Source of the DNA: a virus
Lineage: Duplodnaviria > Caudoviricetes
Virus record (IMG/VR): IMGVR_UViG_3300046318_000318
Reading direction: 5' to 3' (one strand)
Length of the DNA stretch: 64,000 nucleotides
Shown here: in pieces, positions 36,290 to 47,013 of the stretch
How the letters are laid out: every line of letters starts with the position of its first letter
Numbering within the stretch: the first letter of the stretch is position 1
The notes under the pieces: generated by a model
Told to the model about the DNA's origin: nothing
Database searches by the model: none
Seen by the model: the letters and a program-made list of their open reading frames with translations, nothing else
Program-made: the position numbers and the translations under genes

Positions 36290-36290
36290 G

Positions 36291-36695
36291 TTACTTTCCT
36301 TTTTTGATGATAGCCACGGTACGATCCATGACCAGGGTTTTGCTGTTGTTTGTGTGATAAAACAAACGCCAGCGAGTCGCTAACACTTTATTGTCCTTCA
36401 TAACACGCATGTGTTTATCCGTAAAAGCTTTAGCAGGTTCTTCTGAAACCAGTTCAAGTCTCTTACTTTTATCAGAACGTGTCTGATTGAAGTTACTTAA
36501 AACCATGACGTCATATGTTCCATGCTGCCACAGCAATTCGTGAAACATACTTTCCATAGTTATCAACTCAGTCCTGAATTCTTCCTCAGACTGAAAGACT
36601 TCAGCGATGTCCTCAAAATCCATTAAGGAGATGGTTTTGACAAAAGGGCTGTCAACCATCTCTTCTAACAGTTTAGTTTTCTCTGCGATACCCAT
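36291..36695 (-). CDS. hypothetical protein
   Basis: Start moved to MGIAEK behind the conserved leader AGGAAAGTATC and promoter-like ACTTTACTTGAC. Confidence 0.7.
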   Translation of the reverse strand: MGIAEKTKLLEEMVDSPFVKTISLMDFEDIAEVFQSEEEFRTELITMESMFHELLWQHGTYDVMVLSNFNQTRSDKSKRLELVSEEPAKAFTDKHMRVMKDNKVLATRWRLFYHTNNSKTLVMDRTVAIIKKGK

Positions 36696-36807
36696 GATAC
36701 TTTCCTTTTTTAAAGTTGAAATACTGTCAAGTAAAGTAAATAGGATCAAAAAATTATACACAGGCTGAAAAAAAATCCCCTCAGCTTTTGGCCTTGGGGA
36801 TTCTCTG

Positions 36808-37062
36808 TCATGCCGTTGCCTTGATAGGCTCGACGTCATGGAAATACGATACTTCCATGATGATATCGCACGCGGCGAACTGACCCTTGATAGAAGGATC
36901 AGCCTTGAGACTTTCTTCAAAGTCTTTGATTAAGAGAGCGTCGACCCTCTTATCCTTAGACAATGAAGAACACATGCGCGCTATCTTTCGCGCTCGCTGG
37001 ACCAGCTCAGTAGCCAAACGAGCCAGCTCAATATTGAGCTGTTGCGAAGAAAGTTCTTTCAT
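36808..37062 (-). CDS. small monocistronic protein
   Basis: MKELSSQQ..., AAGGAG SD, promoter repeat upstream, terminator downstream. Confidence 0.7.
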   Translation of the reverse strand: MKELSSQQLNIELARLATELVQRARKIARMCSSLSKDKRVDALLIKDFEESLKADPSIKGQFAACDIIMEVSYFHDVEPIKATA

Positions 37063-37135
37063 GTTGTCTCCTTGATGTTTTAAACCACCTGACATCTACA
37101 GGTTTTCCCAAGATCGGGAACGAACTAGCGATATA

Positions 37136-37171
37136 GCTCAAGTTAAGTATATGTCATTGAAATCTTTTACA
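37136..37171 (-). promoter_or_regulatory. 36-bp promoter repeat
   Basis: GCTCAAGTTAAGTATATGTCATTGAAATCTTTTACA; 34 of 36 nt identical to 47117-47152. Confidence 0.65.
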
Positions 37172-37248
37172 AAGATAGTCGGGTTTAAAAGATACACAGA
37201 GCCTTACGGCTCTGTGTATCTTAAGCTCTCAGACTCTCACGAGTCAGA

Positions 37249-37821
37249 TTACCACTGCTCAGCCAGCATCTGGGGAGCAACAGGCAGACCGTTATACAAC
37301 AGGTTGCCGGTGTCGTCGCTCAACAGATCCAGCACAGCGATGTTAGCGTGTGCATGGCGCTTAGCCACGGCATCGTCAATGTCAGCCACCAAAGAGGTAG
37401 GCTTATTAGCGATAGAAGCCCACTCCAGGACCACATCCAGCGACTCATGTTCGCTGATCTTAGCCCAGGCCATGCCAACTGGATCATACACGTAAGTGGC
37501 AGCGCCGATCAACACGGTGGTGTCAGCAGTAGCGTCCAACACCAAAGCCATCGTAGCGATGCTAGGTGCCAGAGCGTCACGAGCGGTGATGTCTGCAACG
37601 ACCTTCAGTGAAGAAGCAGCAGCCAGACCAGTGGTGATCTTACCGTCGACCATTGTCTCCAGTTCAGCAAACGTAGGTACGTGCTTAGCAGCGGTACCGG
37701 TGCTGTCGGAAACATAGATGTTAACGTCGTCGGTACGAACGGCGTCAGCAACCAAATACAGAGTAGAAGCTTCCAGTACGCCTGGCAGAGCTGTTACTTT
37801 ACTAATTTTCAATTGTGCCAT
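37249..37821 (-). CDS. virion/tail-associated protein, paralog of 39016-39588
   Basis: MAQLKISKVTALP..TLYL; host-like codons. Confidence 0.7.
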   Translation of the reverse strand: MAQLKISKVTALPGVLEASTLYLVADAVRTDDVNIYVSDSTGTAAKHVPTFAELETMVDGKITTGLAAASSLKVVADITARDALAPSIATMALVLDATADTTVLIGAATYVYDPVGMAWAKISEHESLDVVLEWASIANKPTSLVADIDDAVAKRHAHANIAVLDLLSDDTGNLLYNGLPVAPQMLAEQW

Positions 37822-37942
37822 GTTAGGCTCCTATGAAGTTAAAGAGGAAATGAATACCTGAACTAGGTCGAGATCTTGATACTATTATCTATAGAACTCT
37901 TTTAAGTAACCATGTTCCATATCATTGAGATAAGAATATTCC

Positions 37943-38170
37943 TCAAAAGCAATAAGCTTTAGGTTTAGACTTCTGTAACAATGTTAAGGAGTTAGGTGCG
38001 CCTATATACTTTACTGGTATTCTAACAGAACCTGGACCGCCTATCATAGACCCAGCTGCGATAACAGATTGACTGGGTGAGAAAGGCTGTAGGTTATTGG
38101 TAAGGGTAGAGAATTTTCCAGATGTTTGGTTTACGCTACCAGTTGTTTCTAAAAAGGATACAAAGGCCAT
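37943..38170 (-). CDS. small tail-cluster protein
   Basis: 75 aa in operon. Confidence 0.6.
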   Translation of the reverse strand: MAFVSFLETTGSVNQTSGKFSTLTNNLQPFSPSQSVIAAGSMIGGPGSVRIPVKYIGAPNSLTLLQKSKPKAYCF

Positions 38171-38173
38171 ATG

Positions 38174-39019
38174 TCACTCCCAAAGAAGTGCGCATGTGAA
38201 CTGTGAGTTTAGGTTAGCAAAAGGATCATCCGCCACAGAAATGTACGTTCTAGTTACAGTACCCACAGGTTTGTAAGAAAAGATAGTACCTTTAGGCGCT
38301 TCACTAACACAGACACCGCACATACCAATAAACGGAACAACTTCAGGCACATTCAAGAAAGATTGATATGCCTGATATTCAGCACTTGTGGTCAAAGTAG
38401 TAGGTGGAAGTCCTGGTAAACACCCATAGCCTACTAAGTGTCTATCGTAAGCTGTGTTTGTGGAGATGCGAACCGATTGCAAACCACCACCAATAGGGAT
38501 TAAGGATCCATAACCTACAGTGCTAATAGCTCCAGAAGCATCTACAGTTTTAGTGCAATTATAAATGCCTATAGGAGATGTTCCATTGGAACCAGTAGAG
38601 GCAAATATTAAGGTAAAGTGATAGCTAGTTACACTGATATAAGTCAAATGCAATTGACTTATGCTAGTGACAGGACGATTATGCGCCACAGCTGTTTGAG
38701 CTGAAATGGCACCAGTGATGGTGCCGGTGCCACTACTACCTGTACCAGAAGTAATAAAAATCAAAGGGTAATCAAGAGCAGCGCCACTGCCGTATTCTAT
38801 TTTAAAAAAGATAGAACTGTCCGGAAGTTTCCAAATTTCATAACCCGCAGCTGTGTTTATAACACTTGGTCTATTGACTGTTGTCCAGTTAATCTGACCC
38901 GTATCTGTGGTTTTGATAAGTCCAGCTGCTGTAAGATTGGAGCTAAGGCCTGATCCCCAAGCTCTAAACCCCGCAGATGTATTATGATTAACTACCGCTG
39001 AATAATTTAAAGTTGTCAT
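38174..39019 (-). CDS. tail-cluster protein, beta-rich
   Basis: 281 aa, G/S/T-rich. Confidence 0.65.
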   Translation of the reverse strand: MTTLNYSAVVNHNTSAGFRAWGSGLSSNLTAAGLIKTTDTGQINWTTVNRPSVINTAAGYEIWKLPDSSIFFKIEYGSGAALDYPLIFITSGTGSSGTGTITGAISAQTAVAHNRPVTSISQLHLTYISVTSYHFTLIFASTGSNGTSPIGIYNCTKTVDASGAISTVGYGSLIPIGGGLQSVRISTNTAYDRHLVGYGCLPGLPPTTLTTSAEYQAYQSFLNVPEVVPFIGMCGVCVSEAPKGTIFSYKPVGTVTRTYISVADDPFANLNSQFTCALLWE

Positions 39020-39588
39020 GTAACTATTTCCACAAAGATTCTGATTGACGTGAAGTTGGTATTTGAATCCAATTTAAATCTAAGCACATCACCAGCCAAG
39101 ACGTTTTTATTCCAACCGGTTAAAACTAGATCTTTTAACTTATAGCCGTTAGTGATAATGACTGGATTACCACCTAAGATACTATCTGCTATTACAGGCG
39201 GATAATTATCCACTGTGCTTTTCCAGATATCCATGCTTAGGGATCCAGGACCGCCTTCTGTAAGAATGACAATAGATTTAATCACACCTGTAGATTTACA
39301 GACAGTTGTAGGCATGTCTACTTCTAAAGGATCCAACAGAACTCCGTTATTTGTCCATCCGGCACCCACCATGTAGGTATTACTAGAGGTAGCTATAATA
39401 GCAGAGTTTACATAAGCTATGATGTCGCCATAGTTCAATAAACTTTTTACAGCAGTACCATCTAGATTACTCACCTTCAGTTCTAGATCATTAGGTCGAT
39501 CTATGTCTGAAGATGGTAATAAATACATGGTAGATGGCGTTAGAACAGCAGGTAGTTGGGTAACTTTACTGACGTTCAATTTTGCCAT
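39016..39588 (-). CDS. tail-associated protein
   Basis: MAKLNVSKVTQLP..TMYL. Confidence 0.65.
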   Translation of the reverse strand: MAKLNVSKVTQLPAVLTPSTMYLLPSSDIDRPNDLELKVSNLDGTAVKSLLNYGDIIAYVNSAIIATSSNTYMVGAGWTNNGVLLDPLEVDMPTTVCKSTGVIKSIVILTEGGPGSLSMDIWKSTVDNYPPVIADSILGGNPVIITNGYKLKDLVLTGWNKNVLAGDVLRFKLDSNTNFTSIRIFVEIVT

Positions 39589-39598
39589 AAACTATCCT

Positions 39599-40705
39599 TT
39601 ACCACTGAATGTCACCAATGGTGACGGCGTTAAGCACACCACCTAAACCCATAGCGTTGACAATAGTCTCTACTTGGGTTTGCAGATTTGGAACTGTAAG
39701 TTCAGAAGTGATAGCTGTTTGCAAGCCTTGGATCTGGGTAGCCGTGTGTGCGTGTGGTAATACATCATGGACACCAGAAGTGGCATTCATGAATGTATCG
39801 ACATCACGCATGATCACAGACAGAGCTGCATTAAAGTCAGTGACTTGTGCTGCCGTATGCGTGTGAGCGACTGAAGCCAAATTCATAGTAGAAACGATAG
39901 CCTGAACTTCAGAAGCGAAATTCAAGAGATCGGTTACACTATGTTGGTGGCTTGTATTTGCTTTACCAGCTACAGTAGTTTGCAAAGCTGTGATCAGAGT
40001 GCCTAATGCAGTAACATCTGAATTATTGGCTTTACCACCTAGAGTAGCAGTAAGGTTGTTAATCTCAGAGATTTCATGTGTGTGACCCACACTAGAGAAA
40101 CTAGCGATTGCGTTTGTGATCAGAGCCTGAACAAAAGCCGTCAAACCAGAAATTTCACCAGCTGTATGTGTGTGGTTAACGTCAGCTTTACCGGTAATTT
40201 GACTGGCTACATACAGATCAAGACCTGTTATGTCTGTAGTACCGTGGCTATGCACTGCAGCTGCTTTGGTGGCAAGAGCTGTGTTGATGTTAGTCACCAC
40301 AGTCGCCAGACTGTTCAGATCTGCTGCATTGGCCTTATCGGCCAGAGCAGTGACTAATCCCACCACCTCTGTGAGTTGATGAGTATGACCTGCTGCTGAC
40401 AGAGTAGCTGCTAATGCAGTTAACTGATCGGTAATATACTGCACCAGCCCTGGCACATCTGCCATGGCGTGAGTATGGCCCATATTAGATTTACCTGCCA
40501 GTGCGGCTTGGGTAGCCGTAGAGATAGGTTTATCTGCGTCTGAAGTATTATTGACAAGATCCAGTCCCAGATCAGTTTTAGTGATCAGAGACTTGATAGC
40601 GTTCAAAGTGACACGGTGGTTGACACCACCGATGGCTACTACAGTTTGCTCAAGACCTGATGGGGTCGTAAGCATCAGAAATTCACTGATTTTTTTACTA
40701 GGCAT
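39599..40705 (-). CDS. tail fibre with HxH repeats
   Basis: KKISEF N-domain; many HTH/HSH-x-GL repeats. Confidence 0.8.
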   Translation of the reverse strand: MPSKKISEFLMLTTPSGLEQTVVAIGGVNHRVTLNAIKSLITKTDLGLDLVNNTSDADKPISTATQAALAGKSNMGHTHAMADVPGLVQYITDQLTALAATLSAAGHTHQLTEVVGLVTALADKANAADLNSLATVVTNINTALATKAAAVHSHGTTDITGLDLYVASQITGKADVNHTHTAGEISGLTAFVQALITNAIASFSSVGHTHEISEINNLTATLGGKANNSDVTALGTLITALQTTVAGKANTSHQHSVTDLLNFASEVQAIVSTMNLASVAHTHTAAQVTDFNAALSVIMRDVDTFMNATSGVHDVLPHAHTATQIQGLQTAITSELTVPNLQTQVETIVNAMGLGGVLNAVTIGDIQW

Positions 40706-40748
40706 AATAACCTCTTTGTTAGTGACTTAGTCAGTCATAGCATGACCG

Positions 40749-41342
40749 TTAAGTCAATGTGCTATAATTTACCTGTAAACGATTACTTGTACCCATACCT
40801 GCTGAGACAAGTCTTTTGACATTACTAGGTAAGGCCATAAGATTTCTCTCTATTTCATAACGTTCTCTTTGTTGTCTGTAGCACAAAGCACCTGCCTTGA
40901 TATAAAACAAAAGAACATCTGAAGTAGAAGCAGACTTGACTCGTTTATCGTCTAAGGTCAATAGAGGAGATGTGGCTCCTGGTATGACCATGGTATTCTG
41001 AGCAGAGATAGTGCTGTCAAAGAACCAGAACTTACAGATGGTATCAGATATATAAGCTACCTGAGGTCTTGCTAATTGATCAAAAGCAAAAGACAATTCT
41101 CTAATATTACTATCAGAGAAAAGAAGACTTGGATTAGACTGATTATCTACCGAAGCTAAGAAAGCTGATAAACCATCTGTCCAGACTCGCCAAGGCTTAA
41201 ACATCAATCCTTTTGAAAGATCGGTTAAGCTGGCTGGTCCTATTTCAAAGTCTTCTTTGTTATGTCTTCTGATATTGTTATCCGGAGCAAGCACACTGGA
41301 AACTATGGTGGTGGAGTTAAACAGTATGTTGTCAGGTAGCAT
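40749..41342 (-). CDS. tail-associated protein
   Basis: 197 aa in tail cluster. Confidence 0.6.
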   Translation of the reverse strand: MLPDNILFNSTTIVSSVLAPDNNIRRHNKEDFEIGPASLTDLSKGLMFKPWRVWTDGLSAFLASVDNQSNPSLLFSDSNIRELSFAFDQLARPQVAYISDTICKFWFFDSTISAQNTMVIPGATSPLLTLDDKRVKSASTSDVLLFYIKAGALCYRQQRERYEIERNLMALPSNVKRLVSAGMGTSNRLQVNYSTLT

Positions 41343-41343
41343 A

Positions 41344-42282
41344 TCAGACCTTGTCCCAGTTATATCTGAAGGAAATAGTCAAGGACTCACTGGCTGACTT
41401 AGTTACAGCCTGATCAAATTCATAAATGTGAACAGGATTATGGCCGACTACTATTGTGTCAAAACTAACAACACCTTCAGCTGGTATCAATGTTCGATAA
41501 AAATCTACAAATTTATTACCTGGGACGTATGTCTTTTCATGATCGTAAAAAGCACTACCGTAAGTTTGGAAAAGACTAGGCCAAGATCCAAGTACATCAG
41601 CATAATCCAACTTACCAGTGCAAAAACTTATAACGCCAGGTTTTTGAAATAGATCTGGCTTACCACTATTTAGTAACACATTCTCTTTATCTATAAAAGA
41701 TCTGACTCTACCTGTTCTAGCGACTCCGTTTATGTTAATGCTAAAAGGTTGATTTATGGGACTAAATGATGTTTTTAAATAATAATAAACATCTAAGTAC
41801 TCATCGTTGGCCACAGTCAGTGTGGTTGGATTTCCGTTTGTGTCTTTAATTAACGCTCTGGAAAATACTTTCATTTCCCCAGTTTGTGGATCACCTTGAT
41901 ATAATCCTATTTCAGTCAAATTACCCGAAACAATACCGGGTGTAAAGTTAGCAACTGCTGATATTTTGTATTCGTAGGGAAAAGTAGTTTCCTGAATAGG
42001 TGTAGGTGTACCATTCCAATTCACATACGTCCAAGCCAATTGACCAGAACCGTCTAACACAGGCTGCTCCAGTTGTAAATTGCTGGCTGCTGGTGCTGTT
42101 GTACCTGTGCCTAAAGCACAATATGTGGGTCTCCAAAAACCACCGGCATTATCTAGTGTAATGCCGAAAGTGGTAATGAGGTTATCAAAATCTGCTACTA
42201 TCTCAGACACATCTGAATCTTTTTTACGTTTCGCTATGGTGTAATGTCCAGAGTAAACGTTGTTACCGGTTTTCTTTGTCAT
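41344..42282 (-). CDS. tail-associated protein, paralog of 42743-43645
   Basis: Shared FDN, FSRALIxD.NGNPT.LTV motifs. Confidence 0.7.
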   Translation of the reverse strand: MTKKTGNNVYSGHYTIAKRKKDSDVSEIVADFDNLITTFGITLDNAGGFWRPTYCALGTGTTAPAASNLQLEQPVLDGSGQLAWTYVNWNGTPTPIQETTFPYEYKISAVANFTPGIVSGNLTEIGLYQGDPQTGEMKVFSRALIKDTNGNPTTLTVANDEYLDVYYYLKTSFSPINQPFSININGVARTGRVRSFIDKENVLLNSGKPDLFQKPGVISFCTGKLDYADVLGSWPSLFQTYGSAFYDHEKTYVPGNKFVDFYRTLIPAEGVVSFDTIVVGHNPVHIYEFDQAVTKSASESLTISFRYNWDKV

Positions 42283-42743
42283 GATTTAACAATCGAGGTT
42301 AGAGTTAGGGATCTGGTAACTGCATCATCAGCATGCTGATGGTGTATGACCAAGAGTTCTTGTTTTGAAACACCTGTCAATTGAAGACTTCTGGTAACAA
42401 CATCGTCATTTACAGAAGCTTCGTGGTAGGTAAATAGTTGTTTAGATATACTTATCAACTGTAAGCTAGATGTAACTTCCTCAATTGGAATATTTACCGT
42501 ATGGAAGTTACTAGCCGCTATACTCACAGATGTCAGTTCAAGACTGCTACTTACAGTATCTGTTGCGCTAGGTATTATGTCTACAGAAACATTAACAAGA
42601 TTGAAACCAGGTTCTATCATGTCAAAAGTTTCTAAGCCGTATAGCTTACTCAATACCTTAGTTAAGGGCTGAGTTTTAAAAGAACTGGAAACTATGCGAG
42701 TTTCAGTATTCTTTTTCAAAGGTCCTGTTGTGTTGATTAACAT
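42279..42743 (-). CDS. tail-associated protein with short internal repeats
   Basis: Repeated V.SSL.L.S.S units. Confidence 0.65.
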   Translation of the reverse strand: MLINTTGPLKKNTETRIVSSSFKTQPLTKVLSKLYGLETFDMIEPGFNLVNVSVDIIPSATDTVSSSLELTSVSIAASNFHTVNIPIEEVTSSLQLISISKQLFTYHEASVNDDVVTRSLQLTGVSKQELLVIHHQHADDAVTRSLTLTSIVKS

Positions 42744-43645
42744 CAGACTACACCTTTCCGCATCCAGCTTGTTTCAATCGCCAAAGACAAAGAGTTTTGA
42801 TCTGTCTTCATGATAGGTGGATTGAACTCTAATTGATAAGCACCCAGAAACCTAGAACTACTTGCTATAAAAATAGTCTTGATCCCGTTAGGGAAGTTAC
42901 CTCTGTCTCTATTGAACTTCAGATAGTGAGTTCTCTTATTAGACAAAGGTACGTAAGGATCAGACCTAAACTTATCAGCAGAGTAACTGGTGTTATAAAC
43001 CGCAGACTCTAAGTTATCCACCATAGGTGTATCAAACGCAGTGGCGAAGTTACCTGAGTCTGTGTCCAAACCAGTCTTAAGCGGAGTCCAAGCACTACCT
43101 ACGTTTAACATACTAGGTCTGATAGTGACTACGGTGTTGATGCCGTTGATCACCATGTTGACTGTAGACTCAGCTGGGTTGACATGAGTCTCTATCGTGT
43201 ATGTTACGTTAAGACCTTCGTCTGGTCTTACAGTTAATACAGTTGGATTTCCGTTAAAGTCACGTATCAAAGCTCTTGAGAATATATCAGCATTAAGTGC
43301 ATTACCTACTGATATTTCTCTGATAGGTTGTGTGATGTAACCAAATGGAAAAGAAAAAGAAACGTTAGTCTCTAGCACATAGGGTTTAATCTGGGAATGA
43401 CTGAAGCTTATGGCTTCAGTCACCAGACTCGTATGGCTATTCAATACTTCTAGAGATGTATCTGTCGGTAAAGCTGGATTATTACCCACACCCACTTGAC
43501 AGTCAGTAAGTAATACGTTGCTATTACCTATCTGTTCAAGTCCGTTATCGACCACCATGTTGTCGAATACGTGAGTGTTACGGATACCTTCTTTACCGAC
43601 TATCTCTAGCTTGTATCTGCCTGAAAGTCGGTGATTGAATTTCAT
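42743..43645 (-). CDS. tail-associated protein
   Basis: Paralog of 41344-42282. Confidence 0.7.
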   Translation of the reverse strand: MKFNHRLSGRYKLEIVGKEGIRNTHVFDNMVVDNGLEQIGNSNVLLTDCQVGVGNNPALPTDTSLEVLNSHTSLVTEAISFSHSQIKPYVLETNVSFSFPFGYITQPIREISVGNALNADIFSRALIRDFNGNPTVLTVRPDEGLNVTYTIETHVNPAESTVNMVINGINTVVTIRPSMLNVGSAWTPLKTGLDTDSGNFATAFDTPMVDNLESAVYNTSYSADKFRSDPYVPLSNKRTHYLKFNRDRGNFPNGIKTIFIASSSRFLGAYQLEFNPPIMKTDQNSLSLAIETSWMRKGVV

Positions 43646-43646
43646 T

Positions 43647-45191
43647 TTACATGTTCAAAGCGTAACCGACACAATACAGATAAGGCGTGACTCCATCAAA
43701 GGACTCCACCATAAAGCTGAATGTATCGATTTTGTTGTTGATCAAAGTAAGAGCTGGAGCTGCACCATCAGGGAACTTCACGTTAGCTGGGAATACAAGA
43801 TCACCACCTTTGTGAATAATAACCACTTTGTAGTCAAAACCTATCCGTGTGAGATCTAAGTTCTGAATATTGAAGTTGGTTACGTTAGAGATTAACTCTA
43901 TACGGATAACCTGATGAGTATCTAAATCCCAAGAAACAGTACCCGAAGCTGGCTGTACTTTATTGGTAGTAGAGACTTTCTGTGGTTTGGTGAAGTTATT
44001 CTCTGCGGAAGGAGACATGTAGTCTGTACCAGCAGCAGCTAAAGTCAATATGTTGTTGGTAGTCTTTAACAGACCTGTTCCGGCAACGTTGATACCACCA
44101 CCCACACCGCCACCTGTGCTTATTACACTGATGGCGTCTGATAAAGCCACCATATCGGTTATGATACCGTTACCAGTAATACCTGGGGTGATGCCGTTAA
44201 CTATGTCTGATAAAGCAGTTAAGCTTGTGATGTCAGCTTTTAAAACATTTATACCATTGACTGTGTCAGTCAATGCATCTAAGGCAACCTGACTGGCTTT
44301 ACTCAGAGAAAGAGCATTTACCGTATCACTTAAGACATCAAGATCTACCTGCGTAGCTTTAAGCTGATTAATTTGATTAACCAAATCACTCAATGCATCC
44401 AAATCTACTTGACTTGCTTTACCAGCTATCAATACAGAATGCGATTGAATAAGGGTAGTCAGTGCGGTGATTTCAGCATTTATAGCTGTAAGGTCTACAG
44501 TACCGCCACCGCCACCACCGCCCCCAGCTTGTAAGTTTGTTACTGCTGTTTGCAGATTGGTAATGATAGTAGACAAACCAGAAGTGTCAGCAATAGCGTG
44601 TCCATGACCAATAGCTGATTTACCTGCTAAACTGGTTTGGATAGAACCTAAACTATCATTCAGTCCCGATATGCTAGACATGTCATGAACATGACTAACA
44701 GCTGCTTTACCAGCCAATGCTGGTGATAATCCAGCTATAGTAGTCATGTCGTGTACATGACCAGTTTCAGCTTTCATAGACAAAGTCTGTGCTAAGAGAC
44801 TGATATCATCTATAGCGTGCGTATGGCCTAAAGCAGCCTTACCAGCCAACGACAGATCAAGACCACTTATCTCAGAGCTAACGTGCGTATGTCCAAAATT
44901 AGACTTGCCAGCCAGAGCCGTCATCAAACCTGAGATATCATCTGTAGCTAGGGTATGTGTGTGATTTGCATCAGCTTTACTTAGCAAAGCAGTCAGCACA
45001 GCAGTTGATACTGGCTTATCGGCATCACTTGTGTTGCTGACATTACCCAGACCCACATCTTGTTTAGTGAGTATAGATTTAAAAGTATTCAGAGTCATTC
45101 GGTAATTCTGATTACCAAATATCAAAGACACTTGTTCCAGACCTGTGGCTGTGGTTAACAGCGAAAAGTCACTTATCTTTCTATTAGCCAT
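43647..45191 (-). CDS. tail fibre with HxH repeats and C-terminal beta domain
   Basis: MANRKISDF N-domain, HxH repeats, coiled-coil repeats, Gly tracts. Confidence 0.8.
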   Translation of the reverse strand: MANRKISDFSLLTTATGLEQVSLIFGNQNYRMTLNTFKSILTKQDVGLGNVSNTSDADKPVSTAVLTALLSKADANHTHTLATDDISGLMTALAGKSNFGHTHVSSEISGLDLSLAGKAALGHTHAIDDISLLAQTLSMKAETGHVHDMTTIAGLSPALAGKAAVSHVHDMSSISGLNDSLGSIQTSLAGKSAIGHGHAIADTSGLSTIITNLQTAVTNLQAGGGGGGGGTVDLTAINAEITALTTLIQSHSVLIAGKASQVDLDALSDLVNQINQLKATQVDLDVLSDTVNALSLSKASQVALDALTDTVNGINVLKADITSLTALSDIVNGITPGITGNGIITDMVALSDAISVISTGGGVGGGINVAGTGLLKTTNNILTLAAAGTDYMSPSAENNFTKPQKVSTTNKVQPASGTVSWDLDTHQVIRIELISNVTNFNIQNLDLTRIGFDYKVVIIHKGGDLVFPANVKFPDGAAPALTLINNKIDTFSFMVESFDGVTPYLYCVGYALNM

Positions 45192-45208
45192 TTTATCTTC
45201 TTTCTAAA

Positions 45209-46372
45209 TCAATAGCCCACAGGCCCTACAGTAGTAGCGTCTAACAGTATCAGATGTAACTTTAAGTTACGCACCCTAAGAAAAGGTTCCTGACCAGGAA
45301 CTCTAGAAGATACAATAGCGTGTACTTCTGTATTGACATTTAAAAACCTAGGGTAAGCAACATTCTCTAAAGGTTCGGCATTATAACCTAAACCTTCAGG
45401 ATCTTTAGACTGATTATAGAGAGTAGGTATAATCAGCTTACCTATATTTAAGTAATCGGGAACCGTTGATAATTCACCAGTGACAGGGTCTGTGTTATAG
45501 GACATATCACTTTGAAACAGACCCGGTACTTGGTTAAGAAGTACTTCCACTTGATCAAGACCCTCGTTACCTAATACTGGATATTCAGTTGTTATACTTG
45601 CGTCAACAACAAAACAGTCAAAAGGTATATAGAACTTATGTGTTCTATATAGAGTATCCATACTGATACCACCGTCAAAGTTTTCATAAAACTTAGGTGT
45701 CAAGTCTACAGTGTAAGGTATTCTTATCTGCTGGGTAGGGTGAGAGTGATCACCTTTAGCTGCCTCAAGTATTTCACCTGGATTAGGATAAACATTAGGG
45801 GCGGAAGGAGTACCTGAGAAAAAGGTAACTCCAGAACCAGTGCTTAGTCCGGCTATCTGTGCTTGCAATGTGGCTATCAATGCAAAAATATCTGCTATAG
45901 TCGTAGTCAATCCAGATACTTCAGATTGAGCGTGGGTGTGTAATACAGCAGCTTTACCCGCTAAGGCGTCCACTAAACCTACTACTTCAGACAAAGCATG
46001 GTTGTGTACAACGGGTGACTTACTAGATAAAGCTGTGTCTAAGCCATCTACTTGAATCATAGGGTGATTATGACTGACGTTAGCTTTAGTGGCTAAAGTG
46101 TCTAATAAACCTAAGATGTCTGCTACAGTGTATACATGGGTGTGATTGACATCCGCTTTATTCATTAAAGCGTTAACAACAGCTGTGGATAAAGGTTTGG
46201 TAATATCTGAAGTGTTGTCTACATTACCCAACCCTACCATAGCCTTAGTGACTAAAGCAGCTATAGAGTTAAGTGTGACTCTATAGTTCTCATTACCATA
46301 TATGACAGCAGCTTGTTCTAAACCACTTAAGGCTGTCAACATTTCAAACTGACTTATTTTTCTATTAGCCAT
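45209..46372 (-). CDS. tail fibre with HxH repeats
   Basis: MANRKISQF N-domain, HxH repeats. Confidence 0.8.
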   Translation of the reverse strand: MANRKISQFEMLTALSGLEQAAVIYGNENYRVTLNSIAALVTKAMVGLGNVDNTSDITKPLSTAVVNALMNKADVNHTHVYTVADILGLLDTLATKANVSHNHPMIQVDGLDTALSSKSPVVHNHALSEVVGLVDALAGKAAVLHTHAQSEVSGLTTTIADIFALIATLQAQIAGLSTGSGVTFFSGTPSAPNVYPNPGEILEAAKGDHSHPTQQIRIPYTVDLTPKFYENFDGGISMDTLYRTHKFYIPFDCFVVDASITTEYPVLGNEGLDQVEVLLNQVPGLFQSDMSYNTDPVTGELSTVPDYLNIGKLIIPTLYNQSKDPEGLGYNAEPLENVAYPRFLNVNTEVHAIVSSRVPGQEPFLRVRNLKLHLILLDATTVGPVGY

Positions 46373-46438
46373 GATGACTCTTTCCTATTTCGTGTTTAAT
46401 AGATACTAAGCCTTTACAGCTTAGTATCTATGTAAGAA

Positions 46439-46906
46439 TTATTCTGTTAACAGATATTCACCATTCTCGCCTAAGATAGGTGTGCCATCTTCAGCTAGGA
46501 TTAAACTCATCATTTGTTCAGGACAATCATAAAGGAACTGTTCCTTCAGGTAACCTGACTCAAGATGATAAACGTCTAAGGTACCCAGAGTCACCCAAAC
46601 TTCATCTTCAGATGTGGCGTTGTGATAAGGTGCGTTTACTTCCAGTTTAAAAGGAAGTAGATTATCGGCTTTACCTATCTTTAAATAAATCCGCAAACGT
46701 AGAAAGTCATCTGCTCTTGTGGTGTATGCTTCAAAAGCAATAGGGTAATCAGCTTTTTTAGCGATGCAGATCATATCAAAATCTGTAACGCGTAGGTTTC
46801 TGTTAAACTGATTGTTGAACAGAGTCAACGCCATCAGTTTAATATGGTCATGTTCTTTCATCTGGACCTCTGTTAAATAAGGTTGTCTTTGACTGATTAC
46901 AATCAA
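46439..46906 (-). CDS. virion/baseplate-associated hypothetical protein (start uncertain)
   Basis: Ends ILAEDGTPILGENGEYLLTE. Confidence 0.6.
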   Translation of the reverse strand: MIVISQRQPYLTEVQMKEHDHIKLMALTLFNNQFNRNLRVTDFDMICIAKKADYPIAFEAYTTRADDFLRLRIYLKIGKADNLLPFKLEVNAPYHNATSEDEVWVTLGTLDVYHLESGYLKEQFLYDCPEQMMSLILAEDGTPILGENGEYLLTE

Positions 46907-46980
46907 CTTCTGTAAACGATAAGAGTTATCGCTATAGTCAAAGGATTACTTTTTAAAGAGATGGAACAAAAAAAAAAATA

Positions 46981-47013
46981 AAAAAGAGGTGCCCGAATTA
47001 CCGGGCACCTCTT
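46981..47013 (-). terminator. intrinsic terminator
   Basis: AGAGGTGCCCG-AATTAC-CGGGCACCTCT plus U tract. Confidence 0.85.

Noticed and set aside
17458-36920. Longer starts in the ORF track for 17458-18189, 19633-20271, 30888-31358, 31744-32115 and 36291-36920
   Set aside because: Extensions run through terminator or promoter sequence, or lack an SD; downstream ATGs are better supported, several by the conserved leader.
37840-38170. Programmed frameshift extending the 75-aa ORF into a short downstream frame
   Set aside because: No clear slippery site; the ORF ends plausibly and the extension is only about 23 codons.
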